A DNA stretch of 64,000 nucleotides from Candidatus Aminicenantes bacterium (GTDB lineage Bacteria > Acidobacteriota > Aminicenantia > Aminicenantales > Aminicenantaceae): positions 4,406-68,405 of the forward strand of contig WVZK01000086.1 in the NCBI GenBank assembly GCA_011772475.1, read 5' to 3'. The notes under the pieces were generated by a model, which worked only from the letters and a program-made list of their open reading frames with translations, made no database searches and was not told the DNA's origin. How positions within the stretch are numbered: position 1 is the first letter of the stretch; every line of letters starts with the position of its first letter. Both the position numbers and the translations under genes were made by a program. This document shows positions 15,056 through 24,581 of the stretch, piece by piece.

Positions 15056-16750
15056 ATGTCAGGAAAGAAGATATTCGTATCATTAATCGCATTGGTTGCT
15101 CTTGTTTCCTTTAAAAGCAGCCAAGGAGCACTCCATCCTGGGCGAGAAGCACAGAATCTTGGAAGGAAACTGACTCCAGCAGTTGGCACGAAAGGCATGG
15201 TCAGTTCCGCTCATCCGCTTGCGACCCAGGCGGGCCTGGATATTCTCAAAGCTGGCGGTAATGCTTTTGATGCGGCGGTGGCTATCGCCGCCATGTTAAA
15301 TGTCGTCGAACCGATGAATTCTGGGATCGGCGGCTACGGGACAATCCTTGTTTATGAGGCCGAAAAAAGAAATGCTCGTTTTCTTGATTCAAGCGGGAAG
15401 ATCCCTATTAACGTCGATTCAGATGCTTTCCGACCTCCCACGCCAAATTATAAGGATAATAGGCGAGGGCCCAAAGCAGTCTCGACTCCAGGAAACGTGA
15501 ATGCCTGGTGGGCTATGTCCTCAGAATACGGAAAGCTTAAGTGGTCTGAACTTTTTAAAAGCGCTATAAAGACAGCTGAACAGGGATTTGAGGTTAAAGA
15601 ACGGCTCGCCAGGAGTATTGAATATGCATTTTCCGAGTTCAACGAGCATGGACAAGAAGTCTACGGAAAAGAAGGCAAGCCACTGGGAAAAGGAGATGTT
15701 CTCGTCCAGAAAGATCTCGCAAAGTCGCTAGGGCTTATAGCCGAGCAAGGAGCCAAAGCTGTCTATGGGGGGAAACTCGGAAAGATAATAGATAAAGCGA
15801 TGCGAGAGAGTGGTGGCTTCTTGACCATCGAAGACCTTGTTGCTGACCGGGCTGAATGGTGGAAGCCGATAAGCATTAACTATCGTGGGTATAAGGTGGC
15901 GACCGCTTCGCCCCCTTCTACTGCATTTCCTTCCCTTATCCGGTTAGGCTTGATGAGCTGCTTCGATAACTTTCGTCTCGGACACAATAGCCCAGATTAT
16001 CTCCATTTTTTCGCCGAAGCAACCAAGCATGCTTTTTGGTGTCGTCTCGCCCACGCTGGAGACCCGGAAATTAATCCTCCACCCCTGGAGAAGCTACTTT
16101 CTGAAGAATACTGGGAAGATGTTGTAAGCAAGATTGACCATAAGAAAGCAAAACCGTTCAGCCCTCCCAGAATTGTAGTCAAGCAGGAGAAAAACACGAC
16201 TCATTTTGTTGTAGCTGATAGATGGGGAAACATAGTCAGCGCAACCCAGACGCTGGGCAATTCATTTGGTTGTCGCATAATGGTGGAAGGTACAGGCATC
16301 TGGCTTAATAATTCGCTCGCCTACTGTACGTTCGAACCTAAGGGGAATCCTATGGACGCCCATGCTGGCCACAGAAAACTTTCAGGGGATTGTCCTACAA
16401 TCATTTTTAAAAACGGAAAACCTTGGGCTGCTCTCGGGACACCAGGCGGTCATACAATAGGCCAGACCGTTCCTCAAATGGTCATGAATCTGATCGACTT
16501 CAAGATGGATATCCAGAAGGCTATCGCAGCTCCTCGCATCAGTTTTGCAGAACCTGACTTAATTCTTGTAGAGAATAGGATTGAAGCCTCGATACAGAAT
16601 GCTCTAAGAGAAAAAGGACATAACGTTCGAGAAGTCAGAGGCTTGGGCAACGCCCACGGCTTGATGATCGAGTATGATGCTGAAGGAAAACCTGCGCGTT
16701 TTTATGGAGCTGCCGATGTACGAGGGAATGGACTGGCAAAAGGATATTAA
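15056..16750 (+). CDS. ggt: gamma-glutamyltransferase
   Basis: Signal peptide, MVSSAHPLATQAG, autoprocessing site NTTHFVVADRWGN, GTPGG. Confidence 0.9.
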   Translation: MSGKKIFVSLIALVALVSFKSSQGALHPGREAQNLGRKLTPAVGTKGMVSSAHPLATQAGLDILKAGGNAFDAAVAIAAMLNVVEPMNSGIGGYGTILVYEAEKRNARFLDSSGKIPINVDSDAFRPPTPNYKDNRRGPKAVSTPGNVNAWWAMSSEYGKLKWSELFKSAIKTAEQGFEVKERLARSIEYAFSEFNEHGQEVYGKEGKPLGKGDVLVQKDLAKSLGLIAEQGAKAVYGGKLGKIIDKAMRESGGFLTIEDLVADRAEWWKPISINYRGYKVATASPPSTAFPSLIRLGLMSCFDNFRLGHNSPDYLHFFAEATKHAFWCRLAHAGDPEINPPPLEKLLSEEYWEDVVSKIDHKKAKPFSPPRIVVKQEKNTTHFVVADRWGNIVSATQTLGNSFGCRIMVEGTGIWLNNSLAYCTFEPKGNPMDAHAGHRKLSGDCPTIIFKNGKPWAALGTPGGHTIGQTVPQMVMNLIDFKMDIQKAIAAPRISFAEPDLILVENRIEASIQNALREKGHNVREVRGLGNAHGLMIEYDAEGKPARFYGAADVRGNGLAKGY

Positions 16751-16770
16751 AATAATTTTTAATAACTGAG

Positions 16771-19551
16771 CTATTCGAGCTCTACGTTAGTTGACCCTCC
16801 ATAATAAATCCCGTTAAACAGAAATTTAAAGGTCCCATGAGGTTGGGCCCGTCGAGTTATCTCTGGTCCGTACAGGAAAAGCTTGCCTTGACCCACATCA
16901 GCCTCAATTACGGCGAGACCTCCATGCAGATAATGCTTCCCCCAGGCCCAGCCACTCCGTAGAGGGTTCTTATTTTCAAACCAGGCTACTGATCGAATCC
17001 TTTCCTGAGCGGTGTCTGGTTTTAACCGAAAGACAGGACTGTTGTTGAAAGCCACATCCACTTTCTCTGACAAACCGTAGGCCAGAGGATTGGTGTTATC
17101 AACGCTAACTTGAAGAATCGAGCCGGGTACGAAATATTTTTCCCTGGGCAAGCGTTTCTCCTTCCCATCTTTAAGCTTTTCGACCAAGGCATTGGCAATA
17201 GGGAGACCGGCATGGTATCCGATGTTAGTGGAGTCACTGATAGCCAGCAGAGTGCCGCCATTTTTGATGAATTCCAGTAAATTTGGAACCGTTTTAGCCA
17301 CGGTTACCTTACCGAGTCGTTTGCGGAATTCTGGAGGTATGCTTTCTGGTTTGGGCTGGGGGGATGAGCGCCAGCGGCGATTCTCGTCAGGTTGGTCGCT
17401 GAGCGGAATAGCGCCGTGGACAAAGATTAGGACATCGTATTTATTATTCAGGTTTCCAGCATCAAGAGTGGCGGGATAGACAACTTTAAAAGGGAACTCG
17501 AACTGCTCCAGCAGCCATCGCACCCAGCCCGAGTCCATGGATCCTCCGTATTGATCCCATAATCCAACGCGTAATGGTTGCAAACGGAGCGCTTCTCCTG
17601 AGGGCTTAGAACTAATGCCTTCAAAATTCAATCCGATCTCCTTGGCCATATTCTCAAGTCTGCGCAAAGTGGAGGACTTTGCTGGAATATAAATCGTCCC
17701 AGCAGGGTATGTCTTTTCCTTATGCTGAAAAGCCTTTTTTAACCAGTACACCTCTTCTTTTCTTTGAAGGAGGCGGTTGATGGCGATAAAGGCATCATTG
17801 ACTCTATGGTCTAAAAGAAAGCCAACAGCATTCGTGCTCTGGGTAACTTTTCCAGGAGGGCGATGGGCAAGATCCTCAATTTTCTCGAAGGGGCCTTCGA
17901 CACTTTCCAAAATTCGGTCGAATTCCACTCCCATTTGAAAAGCCAAAGTCCAACCAGCATTATCGTAGGGTGGAATAGGTGCTCCACCTGGATAAGGGAT
18001 ATCATCTGGGTGGTTTTGAGGTTCAAACATAGAGAGGATGTGGGGACGGAAGGCTTGAGCGGTCTTTACGATATAAGAACCCGAAGGATAGGACTTACCG
18101 CCCGCGCTGAAGGATTCAGTTGCTCTTAGGATAGTTATTCCATTCTTTATGAGAGCATTCACGAATTTGGTTGCGGTTAAAAAGTCGGGCTGGTCCGAGC
18201 TAAGAATATAGACTCGGGGATCACGCTCAGCTGGATCGAGCAGCATCTCATAATATTTGCGCGGATACCCTCGGTTTCGTCCGGCACCTACTCGCTGGGC
18301 CTTATCTTTTTTGATTGCGTCTTCGACTGCTGCAATCCTATGCGGACGGATAGTCCAGTGGTCGCGGCTTCCCCGTTCTATTGAGTTTTTTCCCATGAGA
18401 TAGATGTTGTACAGGAAATCCTCACGGTATTTAGAGGCCAGGTCGAGAATTGCCCTATCAGCTGTGATCATGTACTCGATTGATTGGCGGAAATGCCACT
18501 TCTGAGGAGCAATCGGAGCGGGAAGATCGTTTTTAGGAAGTTGTCTATCGGGAAGGAACGGAATTTCCACCGGCGTGGGATTTCCGATAGCTTCTGTTAG
18601 AATCCCGATCATGTTGTGAAAATAAGTAGATGTCCGCAGTCCGCCGTTCCACCAGGTCGAATATCTTGCTCCCGATCTCATTGTTGCCCCTGGCTTTCCC
18701 TCAGCAACGAAACGATTATGCATAGCAGCTCCAACAAGCTCGATTCCCAACGGAACAAGCGGATCATAGTAGTAGTTGAACGGGTCACGGAAGGGAGGTG
18801 CAAATAAGACTGTTCCTGCAGGACCAGTTTGATGCTGATTGTATACGATTTGAGGAAACCACTCGTGGTATAACACCCGGGTAAGGGCTTCTGTTTCGGG
18901 CTGAGTCACCATGTAAAAATCACGATTGTTATCGTGGCCGATGTATTTTTGGTACAGACGAGGTATGTCTCTCGTGGACCGCTTGGTTGGTTCCTTTTCT
19001 CGCATATACCAGTCTGAGACCAATTCCATTCCATCTGGATTTGAGGGGACGGCAAGCAAAATGACATCATCCAGGATCCTCAGCGTCTCAGGATCATTTC
19101 GGCTCGCCATTTGATACACAAGCTCTATCAAATGCTGTGCTCCCAATACTTCAGTTCCGTGTAAGCCCCCATCAATCCAGACAACCGCTCGTCCTTCAGA
19201 AGCAAGTTCTCGAGCTTCGCTATCAGTAAGTCCTTCAGCTAAGGCTAGTTTCTTTGAGATCTCTTTATAACGATCGAGTTTCCTTTGATTGTCTGGGGAA
19301 GTTATAACGGCCATGAACATCGGATGTTTCTCAGCTGTAATGCCGATTCCGGCAAGCGAAACCCGCTTGGATTCAAGAGCAATTTTTTTCAAATAAGCTA
19401 TGAATTGTGTATAGTTGGCCAGATAGTAATCGTCTCCCACATTAAAACCAAAGTGTTCTTTGGGCGTTGTGATTTTACGCTGGGCCAATAAAGGAATGAC
19501 CAATAGCGCTATTAAAATAAAAACTAAAATAAGACTCTTATTCTTGCCCAT
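16771..19551 (-). CDS. large secreted M14-family metallocarboxypeptidase
   Basis: Start trimmed to ATG 19551 (GGGAGGA RBS, signal peptide). Zinc motif WIDGGLHGTEVLG. About 600 aa of C-terminal extension. Confidence 0.8.
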   Translation of the reverse strand: MGKNKSLILVFILIALLVIPLLAQRKITTPKEHFGFNVGDDYYLANYTQFIAYLKKIALESKRVSLAGIGITAEKHPMFMAVITSPDNQRKLDRYKEISKKLALAEGLTDSEARELASEGRAVVWIDGGLHGTEVLGAQHLIELVYQMASRNDPETLRILDDVILLAVPSNPDGMELVSDWYMREKEPTKRSTRDIPRLYQKYIGHDNNRDFYMVTQPETEALTRVLYHEWFPQIVYNQHQTGPAGTVLFAPPFRDPFNYYYDPLVPLGIELVGAAMHNRFVAEGKPGATMRSGARYSTWWNGGLRTSTYFHNMIGILTEAIGNPTPVEIPFLPDRQLPKNDLPAPIAPQKWHFRQSIEYMITADRAILDLASKYREDFLYNIYLMGKNSIERGSRDHWTIRPHRIAAVEDAIKKDKAQRVGAGRNRGYPRKYYEMLLDPAERDPRVYILSSDQPDFLTATKFVNALIKNGITILRATESFSAGGKSYPSGSYIVKTAQAFRPHILSMFEPQNHPDDIPYPGGAPIPPYDNAGWTLAFQMGVEFDRILESVEGPFEKIEDLAHRPPGKVTQSTNAVGFLLDHRVNDAFIAINRLLQRKEEVYWLKKAFQHKEKTYPAGTIYIPAKSSTLRRLENMAKEIGLNFEGISSKPSGEALRLQPLRVGLWDQYGGSMDSGWVRWLLEQFEFPFKVVYPATLDAGNLNNKYDVLIFVHGAIPLSDQPDENRRWRSSPQPKPESIPPEFRKRLGKVTVAKTVPNLLEFIKNGGTLLAISDSTNIGYHAGLPIANALVEKLKDGKEKRLPREKYFVPGSILQVSVDNTNPLAYGLSEKVDVAFNNSPVFRLKPDTAQERIRSVAWFENKNPLRSGWAWGKHYLHGGLAVIEADVGQGKLFLYGPEITRRAQPHGTFKFLFNGIYYGGSTNVELE

Positions 19552-19803
19552 AAATTCCTCCCTTTTCCCAATCAGGGAAAGAAGTTTGTTTTTCTGTCTG
19601 CCACAGCTTTCCGCTCCCATGACGACCATTGAAATTTCTTATATAAGTAATAGATAAATTGAATCCCTAATTTAGCAAAGGAATAATTTGATGTCAAAAG
19701 TTAAATAATAAAAAGACATTTTTTGTTTTTTTTCGTATAATTCTTTGAACACTCGATGTCTTTAAAGATTAGACTTCGCTAATAATAATTAAAGGAGGAG
19801 ATT

Positions 19804-21714
19804 ATGCGTACACGAGTTATATCGTTATTGGTAGTCGCATCCATCTTTATTTTTGGATGCGTTCCCCTGGAGGAAATGCCTCGCCTTATCCCTATGAAAG
19901 ATTTTTTCCGGAATCCGGAAAGTGCTGTATTTGGACTTTCTCCTGATGGAAGCCACCTCGCCTTTTTGAAGCCTTGGGAAAATCGACTAAATGTTCACGT
20001 GCAAAAAATAGGGGAAGATAAAATTACGCGAATCACCGGTGCAACGGAGAGAGATATTGCCGGCTATTATTGGGCGAATAATAATCGCATCGCTTATGTG
20101 CAGGATACTGCAGGTGACGAAAACTTCAGGTTATATGCAGTTAACATTGATGGGTCCGATCTAAAAGAACTCACGCCGTTTGAAAAAGTAAAGGTAGAGC
20201 TAATTGATAAGCTGAAGAATGACGATGAACACATGCTGATTTCGATGAACAAGCGTGATTCTCGTGTGTTTGATGTATATCGTATAAACATCAACTCGGG
20301 CAAGATGAATATGATAGCTCAAAATCCTGGGAATATCATGGGCTGGCATACCGACCATGACGGCAATCTGAGGATAGCCGTGACCACTGATGGTGTTAAC
20401 ACAAGTGTTCTTTACCGTGACTCCGAGAAGGATAAGTTCCAAACTTTGATCACAACCAATTTTAAAGAATCAATGTCGCCTTTGTTCTTCACGTTCGACA
20501 ATAAAAATCTTTACGTTGCTTCCAGCATAGGCCGAGATAAAACAGCTATATATGAATACGATATCAAAAATAAAAAACATGCAAAATTATTATATGAACA
20601 CCCTGAAGTTGATGTTGATGGTTTATTAAAATCGGATAAACGGAAGAAGATTACAGGCGTTACCTATATCGTCGATAAAAGACATTATCATTTCTTTGAT
20701 GATGAGAGAAAGACATTACAGGAAGGACTTGAGAAGCGGCTTCCAGGGTATGAAGTTGTGATCGTCAGCCGAAGTAAAGATGAGAGGAAAGTACTGGTTA
20801 GAACTTACAGCGACAGATCGCTTGGTTCCTATTATTACTTTAACCGAGACACGAATGACTTCAGAAAGCTCGTGGATATCAGTCCTTGGTTGAATGAAGA
20901 TGAGCTGGCTGAGATGAAGCCAATCACTTACAAATCACGGGATGGATTAACAATCCATGGATATTTAACAGTGCCCAAAGGCGCGAAACCTAAGAACCTT
21001 CCTGTTGTCGTCAATCCTCATGGCGGTCCCTGGGACAGAGATACATGGGGTTATAGGTCTCATGTTCAATTTCTTGCTAATCGAGGCTATGCTGTTTTAC
21101 AGATGAATTTCAGGACTTCTACAGGCTATGGACGTAAGTTCTGGGAAGCCGGCTTTAAACAATCGGGACTTGCCATCCAGGATGATATAACCGACGGAGT
21201 AAAATGGTTGATTAACCAAGGAATTGCCGACCCAAAACGTGTCGGAATTTACGGCGGTTCTTACGGAGGTTACTGCGTTCTAGCAGGGCTAGCATTCACT
21301 CCGGATTTATATGCTGCTGGTGTGGATTACGTCGGAATCTCTAGCTTTTTTACAATATTAAAGACCATTCCGCCTTACTGGGAACCTATGTTAGAGATGA
21401 TGTACGAAATGGTCGGCCATCCAGAAAAAGACAAGGAATTGTTCGAGAAAGTTTCGCCTCTATTTCACGCTGATAAAATTAAGGCTCCCTTGTTTGTCGC
21501 TCAAGGGGCCAACGATCCTAGGGTGAATAAACAGGAATCAGATCAGATTGTAGAAGCACTTAGAAAACGAGGTATTGATGTCGAATATATGGTAAAAGAA
21601 GATGAAGGGCATGGCTTCCGCAACGAGGAAAATAGGTTTGATTTCTATAGGGCAATGGAAAAATTCCTAGGCAAACACCTCGGAGGCAGAGTGGAGACAG
21701 AAACCAACGATTAA
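19804..21714 (+). CDS. S9 family peptidase (dipeptidyl-peptidase/acylaminoacyl-peptidase type)
   Basis: AAAGGAGGAG RBS, lipobox-like FIFGC, NPHGGPW, Ser motif YGGSYGGY, AQGANDPRV, EGHGF. Confidence 0.85.
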   Translation: MRTRVISLLVVASIFIFGCVPLEEMPRLIPMKDFFRNPESAVFGLSPDGSHLAFLKPWENRLNVHVQKIGEDKITRITGATERDIAGYYWANNNRIAYVQDTAGDENFRLYAVNIDGSDLKELTPFEKVKVELIDKLKNDDEHMLISMNKRDSRVFDVYRININSGKMNMIAQNPGNIMGWHTDHDGNLRIAVTTDGVNTSVLYRDSEKDKFQTLITTNFKESMSPLFFTFDNKNLYVASSIGRDKTAIYEYDIKNKKHAKLLYEHPEVDVDGLLKSDKRKKITGVTYIVDKRHYHFFDDERKTLQEGLEKRLPGYEVVIVSRSKDERKVLVRTYSDRSLGSYYYFNRDTNDFRKLVDISPWLNEDELAEMKPITYKSRDGLTIHGYLTVPKGAKPKNLPVVVNPHGGPWDRDTWGYRSHVQFLANRGYAVLQMNFRTSTGYGRKFWEAGFKQSGLAIQDDITDGVKWLINQGIADPKRVGIYGGSYGGYCVLAGLAFTPDLYAAGVDYVGISSFFTILKTIPPYWEPMLEMMYEMVGHPEKDKELFEKVSPLFHADKIKAPLFVAQGANDPRVNKQESDQIVEALRKRGIDVEYMVKEDEGHGFRNEENRFDFYRAMEKFLGKHLGGRVETETND

Positions 21715-21757
21715 ATCGATATTTTTTTGTAGTTTGATTTATTTGGAGGTTTTACTT

Positions 21758-21905
21758 GTAGGGGCTTGATTTATCAAACTCACCTTTTATTTATCTAAGC
21801 GGGATTGTTTTTGTGTAGGGGCTTGATTATTCAAACCCACCTTATATTTATCTAAAGATGATTGTTTATGTGTAGGGGTTTGATTCATCAAACCCACCTT
21901 ATCCA
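21758..21905. repeat. three tandem 57-bp units, each containing a family-1 REP element
   Basis: GTAGGGG starts at 21758, 21815 and 21872. The inter-REP segments are also homologous to each other. Confidence 0.85.
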
Positions 21906-21980
21906 TTCTTTGGATTAAAAAACATACCAATATAATTGTGCTAAAATATAAAGTAACTCCTTATGGTAGGGAGATTATTA

Positions 21981-23027
21981 ATGAAAAAACAGAATAAACA
22001 TCCATTGGCATGGCTCAGTGGCAAAGATTATAAAACTGGCAAAAGCGACTCCAATCGTGCCTGCGAAGTTAGTCAGACCGATGTTTCTGATGCAAAACTC
22101 CTTGATGCCTATTCGCATGCTGTTATCTCAGTAGTCGAAGCAGTTGGCCCGGCCATTGTTAGTATCTCAATTGGCAGAGAGTCTCAGGAGCCTGAGTTTG
22201 ATCTGATTGGCGCAGGTTCTGGCTTTGTTATTACCCCAGATGGTTATATACTTACTAACAGCCATGTGGTCTCCAAAGCCAAGAAGTTGGAGACCATTTT
22301 TGTGGATAGAAAGAGGCTATCCACGACCGTCATAGGCAAGGATGATTCTACAGACCTGGCTGTGATTCAAGTCAATGCCTCAGGTTTGCCCTATGCTACG
22401 TTAGGGGATTCATCTGGATTGCGTGTTGGTCAGCTAGTGATTGCCATGGGTAATCCCTTTGGTTTTCAGTCCACTGTTTCCACTGGCGTGATCAGTGCTC
22501 TCGGGCGTTCGTTGCGCAGCCAGCAAGGACGTCTGATTGAAAACATTATCCAGCATACTGCTCCGCTTAATCCAGGAAACTCGGGTGGTCCGCTCTTGGA
22601 CTCAAGGGGGCGTGTTGTCGGAATCAACACGGCCATCATTCCTATGGCCCAGGGCATAGGATTTTCCATTCCTTCCGATACAGGGAAATGGGTGCTTACC
22701 CAGCTTATGACTCAAGGACGAGTACGTCGAAGCTACCTGGGAATAGTAGGCTATAAACGCCCCTTAGAAAGAAGGATTGTGCGCTTTCATAAGCTTAGCA
22801 AGGATCATGGAGTTGAAATAGTGTCCACTGATCCTAAAGGTCCAGCCAGGGAGGCGGATTTGCGCGTGGGCGATATTGTAGTTGAGGTCAATAATCAGGG
22901 TATGGGAAGTGTTGATGATATTTACCGTTTCTTGGCCGAATGGCCTATTGGTCGCCCGCTGACTGTTACTGTGCTTCGTGGTAAAGATCGGATTAATCTA
23001 GAGGTCGTTCCCACTGAGGCAAGTTAA
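21981..23027 (+). CDS. HtrA/DegP-type S1C serine protease with PDZ domain
   Basis: GSGFVITPDGYILTNSHVV, DLAVIQV, GNSGGPLLD, and a C-terminal PDZ-like GVEIVSTDPKGPA...GDIVVEV. Confidence 0.85.
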   Translation: MKKQNKHPLAWLSGKDYKTGKSDSNRACEVSQTDVSDAKLLDAYSHAVISVVEAVGPAIVSISIGRESQEPEFDLIGAGSGFVITPDGYILTNSHVVSKAKKLETIFVDRKRLSTTVIGKDDSTDLAVIQVNASGLPYATLGDSSGLRVGQLVIAMGNPFGFQSTVSTGVISALGRSLRSQQGRLIENIIQHTAPLNPGNSGGPLLDSRGRVVGINTAIIPMAQGIGFSIPSDTGKWVLTQLMTQGRVRRSYLGIVGYKRPLERRIVRFHKLSKDHGVEIVSTDPKGPAREADLRVGDIVVEVNNQGMGSVDDIYRFLAEWPIGRPLTVTVLRGKDRINLEVVPTEAS

Positions 23028-23104
23028 TCATAATCTCATCCCAACCTGTCTGCATTTGATTTATCTGCAAGGATTTGACCTGTTTGCCTAGGATTATTTT
23101 CTTT

Positions 23105-23136
23105 GTAGAGGCTTGATTTATCAAGCCCACCTTATA
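23105..23136. repeat. family-1 REP element
   Basis: gtagaggcttgatttatcaagcccaccttata, with a degenerate second copy near 23163. Confidence 0.7.
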
Positions 23137-23288
23137 TGAACTTTAGGCATTTATTTTGTTTGTATAGGAGTGATCTAAGTTTATTGGGGGCCTAAATAGG
23201 TGCTGGACGCCGTACCTAAAATGTAACGTTTTCCTTATTTTTTTCGTATATATATATAGAAGTGGAGAGCAGAGAATGAGGTTAAAAA

Positions 23289-23438
23289 ATGAGATTAATA
23301 ACAAAGATAGAAATTTTTCTCATGGCCATCGTTTTAACCTTTTTTCTGTTCAACATAATGATTCCTCCCTCGGCAGTAGACCTTTTAAGGATTGGAAATC
23401 AAGCAGGATATGAAATTATTGTAAACGTAGTGCCTTGA
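23289..23438 (+). CDS. possible 49-aa hydrophobic small protein
   Basis: GAGGT 6 nt upstream of the ATG. MRLITKIEIFLMAIVLTFFLFNIMIPPSAVDLL... Below the track's length cutoff and has no homolog support. Confidence 0.25.
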   Translation: MRLITKIEIFLMAIVLTFFLFNIMIPPSAVDLLRIGNQAGYEIIVNVVP

Positions 23439-23478
23439 GAGCTAGAAAAAACGCCTTTCGTATACATCAGGATAATAT

Positions 23479-23859
23479 CTAATACAGCTTCTCTATCTCC
23501 TCTGTGTCAATGTGGAGGTGTCCTTTACGTTTTTCCCCCCTGAGAGGTCCTTCAAACCAAGCGACAGTCACCAGGCTGAGGGCTTCTAGCCTGTGGGTTT
23601 CTCCCATAGGGGTAAATACCATATCGCCAGGGCCAACCTCGAAAGGATCAGCTGTACCAGTTACAAGAGCTCGGCCGTTAATTATTATCCACCATTCATC
23701 ACAATCATGGTAGTGCACGTCTGAAGATGCTCCCTCGGATAAAGTGTCGACGCCATAGTTACAGATTATCGAATCCTCCGGCATGGGATCTATAGGTGAG
23801 AGTTTAGCCGTAATAAAAGCAGGAGGATTCTCGTATTGTTTTGCTCGGATATGTCGCAT
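23479..23859 (-). CDS. cupin domain protein
   Basis: HYHDCDEWWIIINGRA...GDMVFTPMGETHRLEA two-motif cupin signature. GAGGAGA RBS. Confidence 0.75.
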   Translation of the reverse strand: MRHIRAKQYENPPAFITAKLSPIDPMPEDSIICNYGVDTLSEGASSDVHYHDCDEWWIIINGRALVTGTADPFEVGPGDMVFTPMGETHRLEALSLVTVAWFEGPLRGEKRKGHLHIDTEEIEKLY

Positions 23860-24068
23860 GAGACTTTCTCCTCTATGTTAAATTACCCAACAATCAAATA
23901 AATAAATAGCCAAGTTATATATAAACAGTTACATCACCATCGTAACAATCCGCCGCTTACTTTTCTGTCTACGTCCATATTCTAAAGAAATCGATTCTGA
24001 TACGGAAAATATTCTAAGATATAGATACATAAAAGCGTGCTCGCTGTCAATAAACCTATTCTGCAGAG

Positions 24069-24097
24069 TTGACTATTTTGAAAGTAATTGTTATTCT
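24069..24097 (+). promoter_or_regulatory. promoter TTGACT-N17-TATTCT
   Basis: Hexamers at 24069-24074 and 24092-24097. The 16 nt ttgttattcttttgcc (24088-24103) are identical to 56281-56296. Confidence 0.5.
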
Positions 24098-24135
24098 TTT
24101 GCCACATTTGCAGAAGGAAAAAGAGGAAATGCAAG

Positions 24136-24185
24136 GCCTTTTGTTTCTTGAAATCATAATCCTTATCGAAGACAAAAGGCTTTTT
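24136..24185 (+). terminator. promoter-proximal intrinsic terminator/attenuator hairpin
   Basis: GCCTTTTGT(24136-24144) pairs with ACAAAAGGC(24172-24180), plus 3 more bp after a 2-nt bulge, followed by TTTTT. It lies between the promoter and the ABM gene start. Confidence 0.55.
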
Positions 24186-24275
24186 ATATTATGGGGAAGA
24201 GAAAGCAAATTTGATACAATAGTTGCCAAGGAATATTCCCTAAGATAATCATAGATGAGAAAGGAGGAATGAGCC

Positions 24276-24569
24276 ATGTTTGCCAGGCAGACCACATTTC
24301 ATTATAGGGTAAACGAGTTAGATAAAGCCGTGGAGATAGTTAAGGAGAGCATTGTCCCTGCGGCTAAATCGCAGAAAGGTTATCAAGGATTCTATTACTT
24401 GATAGACCGTAAAACAGGCAAAGCAGTCGCCATTGTCCTGTGGGATAGCGAGGAGGACGCTATGGCTAATGAAAAGAGCCATTACTACCAAGAACAGTTG
24501 GTCAAGACCATGCATTTATACAGAGAACCCCCTATTCGCGAAGGATATGAGATCGTTGTCAAAGAATAA
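24276..24569 (+). CDS. ABM-like (ferredoxin-fold, antibiotic-biosynthesis-monooxygenase-type) small protein
   Basis: 97 aa with the VLWDSEEDAMA...PPIREGYEIVV pattern. AAGGAGGA RBS. Paralog at 56585..56878. Confidence 0.6.
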   Translation: MFARQTTFHYRVNELDKAVEIVKESIVPAAKSQKGYQGFYYLIDRKTGKAVAIVLWDSEEDAMANEKSHYYQEQLVKTMHLYREPPIREGYEIVVKE

Positions 24570-24581
24570 TTGGAGGGAAAG

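Noticed and set aside
21758-21905. Possible mini CRISPR array: three roughly 27-bp repeats with roughly 30-bp spacers at a 57-bp period.
   Set aside because: The 'spacers' are homologous to each other. The repeat is the same REP element dispersed singly across the window. No cas genes or leader are present.
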